From assembly GCA_963662795.1 (NCBI GenBank), contig OY759746.1:896001-960000 (forward strand): a stretch of 64,000 bases of DNA, given 5' to 3'. The position numbers and the translations under genes were made by a program. This document shows positions 46,273 to 56,232 of the stretch, piece after piece. The DNA is from Spirochaetia bacterium (GTDB taxonomy: Bacteria > Spirochaetota > Spirochaetia > CADAEX01). The notes beneath the pieces are model-generated. The model had not been told where the DNA came from. It saw only the letters and a program-made list of their open reading frames with translations, and searched no databases. Each line of letters begins with the position of its first letter. Within the stretch, counting starts at the first letter, position 1.

Positions 46273-47504
46273 TTCATACCTCCAGTTATTGTTGAGAATA
46301 GTAAAAAGAGATTTAAACCAATTATTAAAATAGAAATAGACAAAGAAATAAGGAATTCCGGAAGGTTACTTCGAAATACTGTCATTATTTTTTTTCTCCG
46401 GCAAAGAATAACAAGCGGAATAAGTGTAAAGGGAAGTTGAATACTTAAAATTACCTGACTAAAAATAAGAATTTTATAAGTATCAATCCCTATTAAAATA
46501 ATAAGAAATGACGGAACAGCGGTAATGAAAGTGGCTATTTTATAGAGTAGTGTTTTAGGGTCTTCAGGCTGATTGAGAAAACCTGTTATTACATTTACCT
46601 CGGCCATTGATGAAGTTATAGAGGATCCCACGCCTGCAAAAACGAGTGCAACAGAAAACAGGAATACAGCAAGAGGGCCGGCCAGAGGTGCAAGAGTTAA
46701 AGATGCCGATTCAATACTGGTTACAATCACCTTATTTGAATGGAACACCCTGGCTGCAACTATAATCATTGATGCATTTACAATAAGACCGAGAAACATA
46801 GCAGATATAGTATCAAGTTTTTCATACTTAAGCAGTGACATTTTTTTCTCATCCGTAATTCCCCATTCCCGGGAATGAATAACGTTAGCATGAAGGAAGA
46901 TGTTATGCGGCATAACTACAGCTCCAAGAATTGCCATAGCTATATAAATGCTTGATCTATTTAAATGGGGGATAAATAATGAAGGAAGAACCTCTTGCCA
47001 TTCGGGTTTAACAATAACAATTTCCATGACATAACAAAGTGCAATAATTCCAAGAAACCCAATTATTATTCGCTCGAGATGATGATATCGCTGCCCGACA
47101 ATAAGAAAAACTTCCAGAAATACTGTAATTAGTGCTCCGACCCAAAGGGGAAATCCAAAAAGAAGGTAGAACCCTATTGCGCCACCCAAGAGTTCAGCAA
47201 TATCAGTTGCAACACATGCTGCTATTATAGTAGTTCCCAGTAAAAATGAAACTGGTTTAGAAAAGCCTTCCCTGATGTTGACAGCAAGCGATTTTCCCGT
47301 CGCAATACCAAGTTTTGCAGCCATATTCTGAATAACTATCAGGATTAATGTACTGAGCGTTATAACCCACAGAAGACTATAGCCAAATGAAGAGCCGCCT
47401 TCAATATTTGTTGCCCAGTTCCCCGGATCAATAAATCCAACAGTGATTAAAAATCCTGGACCAAGGAATGTAAATATTTTTTTATGTTTTTCAGAAATTT
47501 TCAA
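46269..47504 (-). CDS. mntH: Nramp-family divalent metal (Mn2+/Fe2+) transporter
   Basis: GFIDPGNWATN and GAVVMPHN Nramp signatures. Likely start is the TTG at 47504 after AGGA. Confidence 0.9.
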   Translation of the reverse strand: MKISEKHKKIFTFLGPGFLITVGFIDPGNWATNIEGGSSFGYSLLWVITLSTLILIVIQNMAAKLGIATGKSLAVNIREGFSKPVSFLLGTTIIAACVATDIAELLGGAIGFYLLFGFPLWVGALITVFLEVFLIVGQRYHHLERIIIGFLGIIALCYVMEIVIVKPEWQEVLPSLFIPHLNRSSIYIAMAILGAVVMPHNIFLHANVIHSREWGITDEKKMSLLKYEKLDTISAMFLGLIVNASMIIVAARVFHSNKVIVTSIESASLTLAPLAGPLAVFLFSVALVFAGVGSSITSSMAEVNVITGFLNQPEDPKTLLYKIATFITAVPSFLIILIGIDTYKILIFSQVILSIQLPFTLIPLVILCRRKKIMTVFRSNLPEFLISLSISILIIGLNLFLLFSTITGGMK

Positions 47505-47624
47505 ATTATTTTTCCTGCATTGAATACCGTTTATCAAAGTATTATTTTAAATTATATAATAGTCAAATATAATAGATTATCAGAGAAATATCATCTCAAG
47601 GTAAATACTTCCTGTCGGATTCAC

Positions 47625-47665
47625 AAAAAAAATCCCGGCCACCCTGTTTCAGGAAGCCGGGTATG
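47625..47665 (-). terminator. Rho-independent terminator of NSS transporter
   Basis: On the minus strand, a cccggc...gccggg stem is followed by a T-run. Confidence 0.6.
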
Positions 47666-47687
47666 AATGTCAAAGTTGTTTTAGTAA

Positions 47688-49070
47688 TCAGCTGAAAAAT
47701 TTATCAATATATCCCTGAATAAATACAACAATCATGATAGCCGGAATAACATACTTTACATACGGCTTAATCCACTGGGGGAATTTAGTCCCTACTCCCG
47801 CGTTAGCCTCTTCAATAAAATTGTCCCAGCCCCATCCTGCCTTGTAGCAGCAGAAGAAAACAAATATCATCGAACCGATAGGGAGAAGATTGTTGCTTAC
47901 GATAAAATCTTCAAGATCCAGTACTATTGTGCCGGCTCCAAGAGGAGCGAATGAACTCCACAAATTGAAACCGAGCGCACACGGAATTGAAAGGAGGAAC
48001 ATGGCGATACCGTTAATAACAGCACCTTTCTTCCTTGACCATCCCCATTCATCAATAGTAAACGCCATAATATTTTCAAATACGGCAATTACCGTAGTCA
48101 TGGCGGCAAAACTCATGAAAAGAAAGAACAGAGATCCCCAGAGTCTTCCTGCAGCCATTGTATTGAATATATTCGGAAGGGTTACAAATACAAGACCCGG
48201 CCCTGCGCCCGGATCCTGGTTAAAGGCAAAACATGCCGGGAAAATAATCATACCAGCCAAAAGCGCGACTGAAGTATCAAGAAGCATGATGTTGATTGAC
48301 TCACCTGTAAGAGATCTTTCCTTGCCGATATAACTACCAAAGATAAGCATACTGCCGATACCGAGACTCAGGGTAAAGAAAGCCTGTCCCATTGCGGCAT
48401 ATATAGCTTCCCAGAGTCCTGTTTCCGCAAGTTTTCCGAAATCCGGCATCAGGTAGAAAGCAAGCCCTTTACCGGCACCGGGAAGGGTTACAGACCTGAA
48501 TACAAGGATTATAAGGATAATAAAGAGCCCTCCCATCATCAGTTTGGTTACCTTCTCCACACCTTTCTGGAGGCCTATGGAGCAGACAATAAAACCGAGG
48601 ACGACAGCGAGCAGCATCCAGAAAACAAGAGCGCCCGGCTGACCCAGAAATCCTCCGAAATAACCCCCGACCTGATCAGGTGTCAAACCGGCAAGATCGC
48701 CTTTTACCATAAAGAAAAAGTAGGCCAGCATCCATCCGGCAATAGTTGTATAGAACATCATTAAAACAAGGTTACCGATGATAGCAAAATATCCGTATAA
48801 ATGCCATTTTGATCCCTTCGGTTCAAGGGCCTTTAATGCACCTGCGATATTCTTCTGACCTGCCCTGCCGATGGAAAACTCCATTACCATAATGGGAAGG
48901 CCCAGAATGACAAGAAAGACCAGATAAATTACAACGAAGGCAGCCCCGCCGTATTTACCTGTGATGTATGGGAATCTCCATACATTGCCGAGTCCTATTG
49001 CGCAGCCTGCAGAAAGAAGAAGAAATCCCAGCCTGCTGGCAAGATGCTCTCTTTGAACTTCATTACTCAA
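47688..49070 (-). CDS. Sodium-dependent transporter, NSS/SNF family (amino acid)
   Basis: SRLGF...AGCAIGLGNVWRFPY, GGAAF, GQAFFTLSLG and GPGLVFVTLP motifs. Confidence 0.94.
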   Translation of the reverse strand: MSNEVQREHLASRLGFLLLSAGCAIGLGNVWRFPYITGKYGGAAFVVIYLVFLVILGLPIMVMEFSIGRAGQKNIAGALKALEPKGSKWHLYGYFAIIGNLVLMMFYTTIAGWMLAYFFFMVKGDLAGLTPDQVGGYFGGFLGQPGALVFWMLLAVVLGFIVCSIGLQKGVEKVTKLMMGGLFIILIILVFRSVTLPGAGKGLAFYLMPDFGKLAETGLWEAIYAAMGQAFFTLSLGIGSMLIFGSYIGKERSLTGESINIMLLDTSVALLAGMIIFPACFAFNQDPGAGPGLVFVTLPNIFNTMAAGRLWGSLFFLFMSFAAMTTVIAVFENIMAFTIDEWGWSRKKGAVINGIAMFLLSIPCALGFNLWSSFAPLGAGTIVLDLEDFIVSNNLLPIGSMIFVFFCCYKAGWGWDNFIEEANAGVGTKFPQWIKPYVKYVIPAIMIVVFIQGYIDKFFS

Positions 49071-49102
49071 TTGACACCTCCTGAAAATATTTTTAACATT
49101 TA

Positions 49103-49145
49103 ATTTTAATTCAGTAGTATTCGGCTGTCAACAATTTTTACCATA
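49103..49145 (-). promoter_or_regulatory. Promoter of NSS gene, near-identical to iorA promoter
   Basis: ggtaaaaattg-TTGACA-gccgaatactactgaat-TAAAAT. Confidence 0.7.
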
Positions 49146-49183
49146 TCATATTTGGAGTTATACAAATTATAAGAAATAATATC

Positions 49184-49651
49184 CTAGTTATTTAAATAAA
49201 TAGCTGTTTCTGATTTTATTGTGGACAGTACAAAAAGGGTGCTTATCTTCCCGACATGGGGTATGACGGCCAGTTTTTCAAGAGCAACAACTTCATAATT
49301 TTTTATACTGTCGGTAGCAACCTTAAGCAGATAATCCTTGTCTCCCGAGATATGATAACACTCAAGGACTTCAGGTATCTTTATAATATCATGATTAAAA
49401 CGCTTGATAGTTTCAGCAGAATGATCATTCATGGATATTTCAACAAAAGCAATAATCCCCTTGCCTATTTTTTCAGAATCAACCAACGCAACATATTTTT
49501 TTATAATCCCTGTCTTCTCAAGCTTCTTGACCCGTTCAAGAGTACTTGCAGGCGCAAGACCTATTCTCTTGGCAAGTTCAGCATTTGTAATTGCCCCGTC
49601 TTTCTGGAGGATATTCAATATCTGCCTGTTTGTTTCATCAATTTTGCTCAT
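49184..49651 (-). CDS. Lrp/AsnC family transcriptional regulator
   Basis: ID..NRQIL..LQ.DG.ITNAELA..IGL.P...LERVKKLE and PEVLECYHISGD.DY motifs. Confidence 0.95.
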   Translation of the reverse strand: MSKIDETNRQILNILQKDGAITNAELAKRIGLAPASTLERVKKLEKTGIIKKYVALVDSEKIGKGIIAFVEISMNDHSAETIKRFNHDIIKIPEVLECYHISGDKDYLLKVATDSIKNYEVVALEKLAVIPHVGKISTLFVLSTIKSETAIYLNN

Positions 49652-49725
49652 AATCCATATTTTATACGTGAAATTATAAAAAAGCTATTAAAAAATATGT
49701 TCCGCGGCATTTAATCAAACGCCGG

Positions 49726-50394
49726 TTATTTTTTCAAAATCATGACACAGTCCAGAGCTGTCCATACCCCGCCGGAGAAAACAAGGGGATTAATATCAAG
49801 CTGGTTCAGAGCGCCGTTAAATGCATCAATCAGTCTGCTTACTTTTGAGACAATCCCTGCCAGGGAATAAAGGTCGAGAGTACTTCCCCTGTAGCCTTCA
49901 AGGACCGGCGAAATTCTGAGCTCGCGGAGCATTCTCACAGCTTCATCTTCCGTACATGGGCAGAGGCGGAAAACAGCATCTTCATAAAGCTCTGTCAGAA
50001 TTCCCCCGGCACCTGCCATTATAGCGGGGCCGAAAACAGGATCCACAAGTCCCCCGAGAATAAATTCAGATCCGGTAATTCTGCACATTGTCTCGGCAAG
50101 AAGGGGAGAGCCGGGGAAACGGCCTTCCAGTTCTTTTTTTACAGCCGGGAAACTTTCTCCTGTTACATTGAGGATTACCCCGCCGTGTTCAGTTTTATGC
50201 AGAATTGCAGGATCGCAGACTTTTAAAACAAGGGGAAAGGAAAACTCATCCGGGGAGAGTGATTCATCCGGCATGATACGCCTTCCTTCAGGGACAGGAA
50301 TACCGGCCAGTTTAAGAAGATTCTTTGCTTCCCATTCATCAGGTGAGCCTTCAACACGGAGATTTTCAACCCAGCGGGAAACCATGTCTTTCAT
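49726..50394 (-). CDS. ADP-forming acyl-CoA synthetase beta subunit (ATP-grasp)
   Basis: E.EAK.LL..AGIP, FPLVLK, HKTEHGGV, DPVFGP and LDINPL motifs. Confidence 0.88.
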   Translation of the reverse strand: MKDMVSRWVENLRVEGSPDEWEAKNLLKLAGIPVPEGRRIMPDESLSPDEFSFPLVLKVCDPAILHKTEHGGVILNVTGESFPAVKKELEGRFPGSPLLAETMCRITGSEFILGGLVDPVFGPAIMAGAGGILTELYEDAVFRLCPCTEDEAVRMLRELRISPVLEGYRGSTLDLYSLAGIVSKVSRLIDAFNGALNQLDINPLVFSGGVWTALDCVMILKK

Positions 50395-51797
50395 AACTGT
50401 CCTCCTGAATTCTCCAGAAGCTGTTTGCGTTCCACCAAAAACCGCGCAGCCCTCACGACCCTGGCAATTGTAGGATATCCGGGGATTCCTTCATTGTAAA
50501 ACCTCTTCAGATAGCTGTCTGTAAACGGGCCGTATTCACTGAAAAGCAGAACAGGCTTACCTGAAGTCTGCGAAGCTTCTGAAATATGCGGTACCAAATC
50601 ATCAGACATACCTACAGGAGAGAAAAAGGCTATGCAGATTACCATATCGACACCTTCATCCTCCAGCAGGATCTTCAGGTTTTTCGCATATGTTTCGCTG
50701 TCTGCGGCAGCTGTGATATCAACAGGATTTTTTGAAGATGCAAATCCGATATTAACTTCTTTCAGCTTTTTCGAAGTTTCATCTGAGAGGACAGCCATCG
50801 CAAGGTTTCCCTTCTGATGTTTTTCTTCTATATAGTCAGCGCACATTACTCCATAGCCGCCTGCAGCAGTAAGAATGGCAATCCGGTTTCCTTTCGGAAG
50901 GGGAGACATGGAAAGAACTTTGCCTGCATCGCAAAGCTCTTCGTCATCAAGAACCCTTAATATCCCGTACTGGCGGAAAGCCCCGTCTATTACGCGGTCG
51001 GATCCGGCCAGTTTTCCGGTATGTGAACTTACGGCAGACTGCCCGGCGGCTGTTCGGCCTGCCTTTAAAACAATTACCGGTTTTTCAAGGCTGATTTTTC
51101 TGGCAGTTTCAAGAAATTCTCTTCCGTTTTCGATGCTCTCGACATATACTGCGATCGCTTTTGTCTTTCTGTCTTTTCCGAAATATCTTAAAAAATCCAG
51201 TTCCGTCAGATCGGTTTTGTTTCCAAGACCAACAAAAACCCTCATTCCGAAACCGATGTTGGAAGCATAGCCGAGGGCTTCTGATCCTACAGAACCGCTT
51301 TGCGTTAATATTGCGACTCCGCCGCCGCCGGCAAGCGAACGGTCTCCGTGTTCCACAAAGATGGTATTAAGGCCTGTTTCAGGAAGGAAAATACCAAGGG
51401 TATTGGGGCCAAGAATCCTTGTTCCGTATTTTTCAGGTATTTCGCCCAGTTGCTTTTCGAGAGCTTTCCCCTCTTCACCCGCTTCTCCGAAACCGCTTGC
51501 GACAACTATAAGAACTTTTGTCCCTTTGGCCGCGCATTCTTCAGCCGCCTTTACAGCCCCTTGAGCTCCGATTGTGATAACCGCCATATCAAGATCATCA
51601 GGCAGATCTTTAATATTATTGATAACCGGCATACCGAACAGAACTGTTTCTTTGGGATGGACAGGATAAAGGCGTATCCGTGTGGTCATGAGACGCCTGA
51701 AAATAATATTCCCGACTTTATCATGGTTGGAAGTAGCGCCGATTACCGCTATTGTCCTCGGGTAGAAAAGGGGTTCCAGCGGATCGCTGTTCTTCAT
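50391..51797 (-). CDS. ADP-forming acyl-CoA synthetase alpha subunit (CoA-binding)
   Basis: PRTIAVIGAT, ILGPN.LG, TQSG, GLGNK.D, LKAGRT..G..A.SSHTG.LAG (phospho-His) and NPVD motifs. Confidence 0.9.
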   Translation of the reverse strand: MKNSDPLEPLFYPRTIAVIGATSNHDKVGNIIFRRLMTTRIRLYPVHPKETVLFGMPVINNIKDLPDDLDMAVITIGAQGAVKAAEECAAKGTKVLIVVASGFGEAGEEGKALEKQLGEIPEKYGTRILGPNTLGIFLPETGLNTIFVEHGDRSLAGGGGVAILTQSGSVGSEALGYASNIGFGMRVFVGLGNKTDLTELDFLRYFGKDRKTKAIAVYVESIENGREFLETARKISLEKPVIVLKAGRTAAGQSAVSSHTGKLAGSDRVIDGAFRQYGILRVLDDEELCDAGKVLSMSPLPKGNRIAILTAAGGYGVMCADYIEEKHQKGNLAMAVLSDETSKKLKEVNIGFASSKNPVDITAAADSETYAKNLKILLEDEGVDMVICIAFFSPVGMSDDLVPHISEASQTSGKPVLLFSEYGPFTDSYLKRFYNEGIPGYPTIARVVRAARFLVERKQLLENSGGQL

Positions 51798-52378
51798 TTC
51801 ATCCCCCCTGTTTCTCTTCCCAAGCGGAAAGCTTTTAGATTAGTCTGAACAACATCCTCACCCTTTGATGTGAATTTATCTTTTATCGCACTTTCAATCG
51901 CTTCAGGTTTAAATGGCAGATAAGGGGAGAGCGCCCCTACAAGAACCATATTTACCGCCCTCTGTGAACCTGCATCCTTTGCCAGGGTTTTACTTTCTAT
52001 AAGGCGGGAAGAGGATTGGGCTTTTATCATCCTGTGAATATCATCAAGAAGCGGATAATCAGTTATATTTTCAACAGATTCGGATGCTGTAATCAAAACG
52101 CCGTCCGGCCTTAAAAAATTCACATAACGGAGAGATTCAAGAGGTTCCATGCTTAGCACTACATCTGCCCCGCCCCGGGGAATCAGGTCGCTTTCTATAA
52201 CACCAGAAGAAATACGCAGATGGGCAAGAACAGCTCCCCCGCGCTGTGCCATTCCATGAACTTCCGACTGCCTCACGTTATATCCTTCCTTCATCGCTGC
52301 CATGGAAACAATTGCACCTACAGACAGGACCCCCTGGCCGCCTACTCCTGATAAAATAATATCTATTTTGTCAGACAT
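51794..52378 (-). CDS. iorB: Indolepyruvate:ferredoxin oxidoreductase beta subunit
   Basis: GVGGQG, QSEVHGMAQRGG.V..H.R and N.V..GA motifs. SD AAGGAG before the ATG at 52378. Confidence 0.92.
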   Translation of the reverse strand: MSDKIDIILSGVGGQGVLSVGAIVSMAAMKEGYNVRQSEVHGMAQRGGAVLAHLRISSGVIESDLIPRGGADVVLSMEPLESLRYVNFLRPDGVLITASESVENITDYPLLDDIHRMIKAQSSSRLIESKTLAKDAGSQRAVNMVLVGALSPYLPFKPEAIESAIKDKFTSKGEDVVQTNLKAFRLGRETGGMK

Positions 52379-52476
52379 AACCACTGCTCCTTTTTCATGC
52401 AATCCGTATATGACAATTCATACCGTCTGCAATATCAATTTGAGTCTCTTATAAATTATCTATCCGGACTGGTATC

Positions 52477-52665
52477 TTAACCGGTTATAGAAATCGCTGT
52501 CACAGGGCAGTCATCACATGCCTGTTGGCATGTTTCTTCCGCTTCTTTCGGTACAACATCTACAATCACAACAGCCTTGTCGCCTTCCATTCTGAAAACC
52601 TCGGGACATGTATTTGCGCAAAGATTGCAGCCGATACAGGTATCCTGATCAACACTTGCTTTCAT
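52477..52665 (-). CDS. Monocluster ferredoxin
   Basis: CIGCNLCANTCPEVF...CPVTAI. Confidence 0.92.
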   Translation of the reverse strand: MKASVDQDTCIGCNLCANTCPEVFRMEGDKAVVIVDVVPKEAEETCQQACDDCPVTAISITG

Positions 52666-52669
52666 TTTA

Positions 52670-53860
52670 TTACCTCTTTTCTATTAATTTTTTTCCAAAT
52701 TCAACACATTCCAGTAATGCCGCATCGTCAGGATTCCATAAACATTTAATACCCTGATTTACAATCTGAAATCCTGATTTTTCCAGCAGGCCGTTAATCT
52801 TCGCTACAGATTCGCCGCTCCATCCATAGCATCCGAATGAAGCTGCCTTTTTATTTTTAAAACCTAATCCCTCAATTTCTTCAAGGATTCCTGCGGTAGC
52901 GCTTGTAATTCCTTTACCAATAGTCGGTGAACCGACAAGGATCAATTTTGATTTAAAAATTTCTGTAATAATGTCGTTCTTGTCAGTTTTCGCAATATTA
53001 TAAAGCTTTATATTTACCTTGCTGTCTGCCTGCTTGATACCCAGCGCAATGTTTTCCGCCATTGTTTTTGTCCCTTCCCACATGGAATCATAAAGAACTG
53101 TTATCTGGTCTTCCTGATAATTTTTCGACCATGCCAGATATTTTTCAACTATCTGAAGGGGCTTATCCCGCCAGATTACACCATGTCCGGTCGCAATAAT
53201 ATCAATGGGGAGATTCATTGCAAGAACTTCATTTATCTTTTTTTCTACAAAAGAACTGAAAGGGGTCAGAATATTCGCATAATATTTAATGCATTCTGTA
53301 GAAAGTTCCCCCTGATCAACAAGATCATTAAACATATATTCACTGGCATAATGCTGTCCGAAGGCATCCATGCTGAACAGGATATTATCACCAGTTAAAT
53401 AGGTTGCCATACTGTCAGGCCAGTGGAGCATTTTCATCTCTACAAACGCGAGCGCTTTTCCATTACCTATATCAAGCGTATCACCTGTTTTGACAGGGTG
53501 AAAATCCCAATCCTTGTGATAGTGTCCTTTAAGAGATTTCATGCAATTGGCCGTACAGTAAATCGGGGTGTCGGGGATCAGGCTCATCAATTCAGGAAGA
53601 CCGCCGCTGTGATCACTTTCTGCGTGATTTGCTATGATATAATCAATTTTATTTAAAACTATTTCCTTTTTCAGGTTCTCAACAAATTCTTTCGCGAAAG
53701 GTTTCCATACTGTATCTACAAGAACTGTTTTACCCTCTCTGATCAAATAAGAGTTATAAGTAGAGCCTTTGTGTGTTGAATACTCATTACCGTGGAATTT
53801 CTGGAGCTCCCAGTCAATTTTCCCGACCCAGTCAACATTGTTTTTTACTTTGATTTTCAT
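52670..53860 (-). CDS. fprA: Class A flavodiiron protein (FprA/ROO; O2/NO reductase)
   Basis: G.TYNSYLI, NHAESDHSG, LHWPDSM, FS.DAFG and a flavodoxin domain YDSMWEGT...FGCYGWSGE. The true start is the ATG at 53860 (SD AGGAG); the ORF track extends it into iorA. Confidence 0.92.
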   Translation of the reverse strand: MKIKVKNNVDWVGKIDWELQKFHGNEYSTHKGSTYNSYLIREGKTVLVDTVWKPFAKEFVENLKKEIVLNKIDYIIANHAESDHSGGLPELMSLIPDTPIYCTANCMKSLKGHYHKDWDFHPVKTGDTLDIGNGKALAFVEMKMLHWPDSMATYLTGDNILFSMDAFGQHYASEYMFNDLVDQGELSTECIKYYANILTPFSSFVEKKINEVLAMNLPIDIIATGHGVIWRDKPLQIVEKYLAWSKNYQEDQITVLYDSMWEGTKTMAENIALGIKQADSKVNIKLYNIAKTDKNDIITEIFKSKLILVGSPTIGKGITSATAGILEEIEGLGFKNKKAASFGCYGWSGESVAKINGLLEKSGFQIVNQGIKCLWNPDDAALLECVEFGKKLIEKR

Positions 53861-53879
53861 TTTATTTGCTCCTGCCTTT

Positions 53880-55484
53880 TTATTTTGATCTGGAATTTTT
53901 CTGGCGCAGTGTCTGCACGCATTCTCTAAGGGGAATAATAACAGACAATCCTTCATACGCAATCTCTTCCTTCAGTATCCCGACATTTTCAGCATGATTC
54001 TTTGGAAGGGGAATTATTTCACGAAGATGCTCTGGCTTTACTCCGCAGCCGAGAACAACTTCTTTTATCTGAAGAGAAGAAAGTATTGTATCCTGCCCCC
54101 CTGTCATCGCGGTTGTGGAATTGTCCAGTATCATGACAGTCATCGGGGTATCGGTAGAGACCGCATCTATCAGGGCAGTGATCCCTGAATGGAGAAAAGT
54201 ACTGTCACCGATTGTCGCAACTACATTTTTAAGACCGGATTCAGCGGCGCCTCTTGCCATTCCGATGCTTGCCCCCATGCACAGAAGGGTTTCAATCGCG
54301 TTATAGGGCGGATATGCCCCGAGAGCGTAACAGCCGATATCGCTTGTCACTGTTCCTCCGCCGAGTTTTTCAACCGCCTCATTCAGGGCCGTAAAACTAT
54401 CCTTATGGGGACATCCCGCACAGAGCTGGGGAGGACGGCCCGGGAGAGTCGCGGTTACAGGGGGCTGAGCGTTTAAAGGAGAAAGCCCAAGAGCTGCTCT
54501 TACATTATCAGGGTCAAGCTCCCCGGCAGGGGAAACAACGCTGTCCATCTTGCCGTTAATTATTTTATCCTGAGGCAGAATCCCCCTGACAAGACGCTCC
54601 ACAAAAGGATATCCTTCTTCTATTACTATTATCCTGTCCGCGCTGCTGCACAGCCAGCGGACTTTTTCCACAGGTATCGGGTATACTCCAATCTGAAGAT
54701 GAGAAGGAACAGGTGCAAAATCCGACAGATTTTCCCTGTAGTAGTTCCCTCCAAGACCGGTTGTTATAACTGCAATATCATGCCGGCCGGGATTGATATC
54801 AAGAAAATTGAAACTGCTGTTTTCAGAATATTCTTCAAAATCCTTTTGCATTTTTATATGATTTACCCAGCTTTTTCGTGACAACGCAGGGAGGGCCATC
54901 CAGTCATTCCTGTCTGGAGCTTTACCGGAATCGGTTCTTGCCGCTGTTTCTCCGCGGCTGATTACTGCTCTTGAATGCGAAAGGCGGGTTACAAGCTTGA
55001 TTAGAACCGGAATATGGAACAATTCGGAAATGCGGTAAGCTTCAACAGTCATATCATAAGCTTCCTGGTGGTTCCTCGGTTCAAAACAGATAATCCGCGC
55101 AAAATCGGCAAAAAACCGGCTGTCCTGCTCATTCTGGGAGGAATGCATCCCGGGATCATCGGCAACCGCAACAACAAGACCGCCGTTTATTTTCATAAGG
55201 GCGGAATTCATAAACGCGTCTGACGCAACATTAAGGCCTACATGCTTCATAGTCACAAGAGATCTGCGGCCGGCATAGGATACACCTACAGCCCCCTCAA
55301 GCGCTGTTTTTTCATTTGTACACCATCTTGCGATGAGATCAGGGTCTGATTTTTTATGATAATTGATTAAATATTCAAGAATTTCTGTTGAAGGGGTCCC
55401 CGGATAACCGTAAGCAACTGATAATCCGGCATCAACCGCTCCAAGTGCAAGTGCCTCATCCCCCAGAACCAATACTTCCTGCAT
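53880..55484 (-). CDS. iorA: Indolepyruvate:ferredoxin oxidoreductase alpha subunit (no C-terminal ferredoxin domain)
   Basis: GYPGTPSTEI, NEK.ALE, TMKHVGLNVA.D, DDPGMHSSQNEQD, RPP.LC.GCPH, SDIGCY and IGDSTFLHSG motifs. Confidence 0.93.
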   Translation of the reverse strand: MQEVLVLGDEALALGAVDAGLSVAYGYPGTPSTEILEYLINYHKKSDPDLIARWCTNEKTALEGAVGVSYAGRRSLVTMKHVGLNVASDAFMNSALMKINGGLVVAVADDPGMHSSQNEQDSRFFADFARIICFEPRNHQEAYDMTVEAYRISELFHIPVLIKLVTRLSHSRAVISRGETAARTDSGKAPDRNDWMALPALSRKSWVNHIKMQKDFEEYSENSSFNFLDINPGRHDIAVITTGLGGNYYRENLSDFAPVPSHLQIGVYPIPVEKVRWLCSSADRIIVIEEGYPFVERLVRGILPQDKIINGKMDSVVSPAGELDPDNVRAALGLSPLNAQPPVTATLPGRPPQLCAGCPHKDSFTALNEAVEKLGGGTVTSDIGCYALGAYPPYNAIETLLCMGASIGMARGAAESGLKNVVATIGDSTFLHSGITALIDAVSTDTPMTVMILDNSTTAMTGGQDTILSSLQIKEVVLGCGVKPEHLREIIPLPKNHAENVGILKEEIAYEGLSVIIPLRECVQTLRQKNSRSK

Positions 55485-55535
55485 GGCAAACTCCTGATAC
55501 ATAAAATATTTTAAACGGTAAATCAGTAATAAATA

Positions 55536-55592
55536 ATTTTACCCCCTCAATATTCGGCTGTCAAGTTTTTTTACCTTATATAATTCGGCTTT
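55536..55592 (-). promoter_or_regulatory. Promoter of iorA operon with repeated GCCGAAT motif
   Basis: agccgaattatataaggtaaaaaaac-TTGACA-gccgaatattgaggggg-TAAAAT. Confidence 0.7.
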
Positions 55593-55655
55593 AAGGATTT
55601 TAACACAATATTTTAATAGTTTATCAGTTGCTTTCATCCGGTCGGATTTTCCCGA

Positions 55656-56090
55656 CTATTTTGCTTCTGAGTAATTAACCATCCACTGAATCCCGAATTT
55701 ATCTATAAAACTGCCGAAATAGTCTCCCCAGAAAGCATCTTCAAGCGGCATTTCAATTTTTCCGCCGGCCGACAGGGCTTTGAAAATTCTGTCAGCCTCT
55801 TCCCTGCTGTCGGGGTGAACTGATATAGAATAGTTGTTTCCGGGAATCAGCTTTTGACCAATGGATTCGAGGGTATCAGTTGCCATCAGAACAGCATCTT
55901 TTCCAATAGGCAGACCAATGTGCATAATCTTGTTTTTATCTGCATCCGGAATTGTGATCCCATCCATCTGCATGTCTTTAAACCGGACCAGATAATCAAA
56001 TTCCCCGCCGAAAACTGATTTATAGAAATTAAACGCCTCTTCACTGTTGCCGGGTAAATTCAGATATATATTTACTTTTATCATATTCAA
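55656..56090 (-). CDS. VOC/glyoxalase family protein (PhnB/YjdN-like)
   Basis: YLN..GN.EEAFNFYKSVFGG, IMH, and MPL...FWG.YFG...DKFGI.WM motifs. Confidence 0.88.
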   Translation of the reverse strand: MNMIKVNIYLNLPGNSEEAFNFYKSVFGGEFDYLVRFKDMQMDGITIPDADKNKIMHIGLPIGKDAVLMATDTLESIGQKLIPGNNYSISVHPDSREEADRIFKALSAGGKIEMPLEDAFWGDYFGSFIDKFGIQWMVNYSEAK

Positions 56091-56232
56091 CTCCTTATAT
56101 GGCTTTTTGATATATTCTAAAGCTATTCTAAAAAGTATATCGGTTTCAACCGCGAAGTCAAATTTGATGAGCAGTTATCATATTTTTTTGAGAAGTAAAA
56201 TAATAATTTTGCGAAACAGAAAAATATGTTTT

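Noticed and set aside
53861-53962. Cys-containing N-terminal extension of FprA in the ORF track
   Set aside because: It overlaps the iorA 3' end, and a good SD precedes the ATG at 53860.
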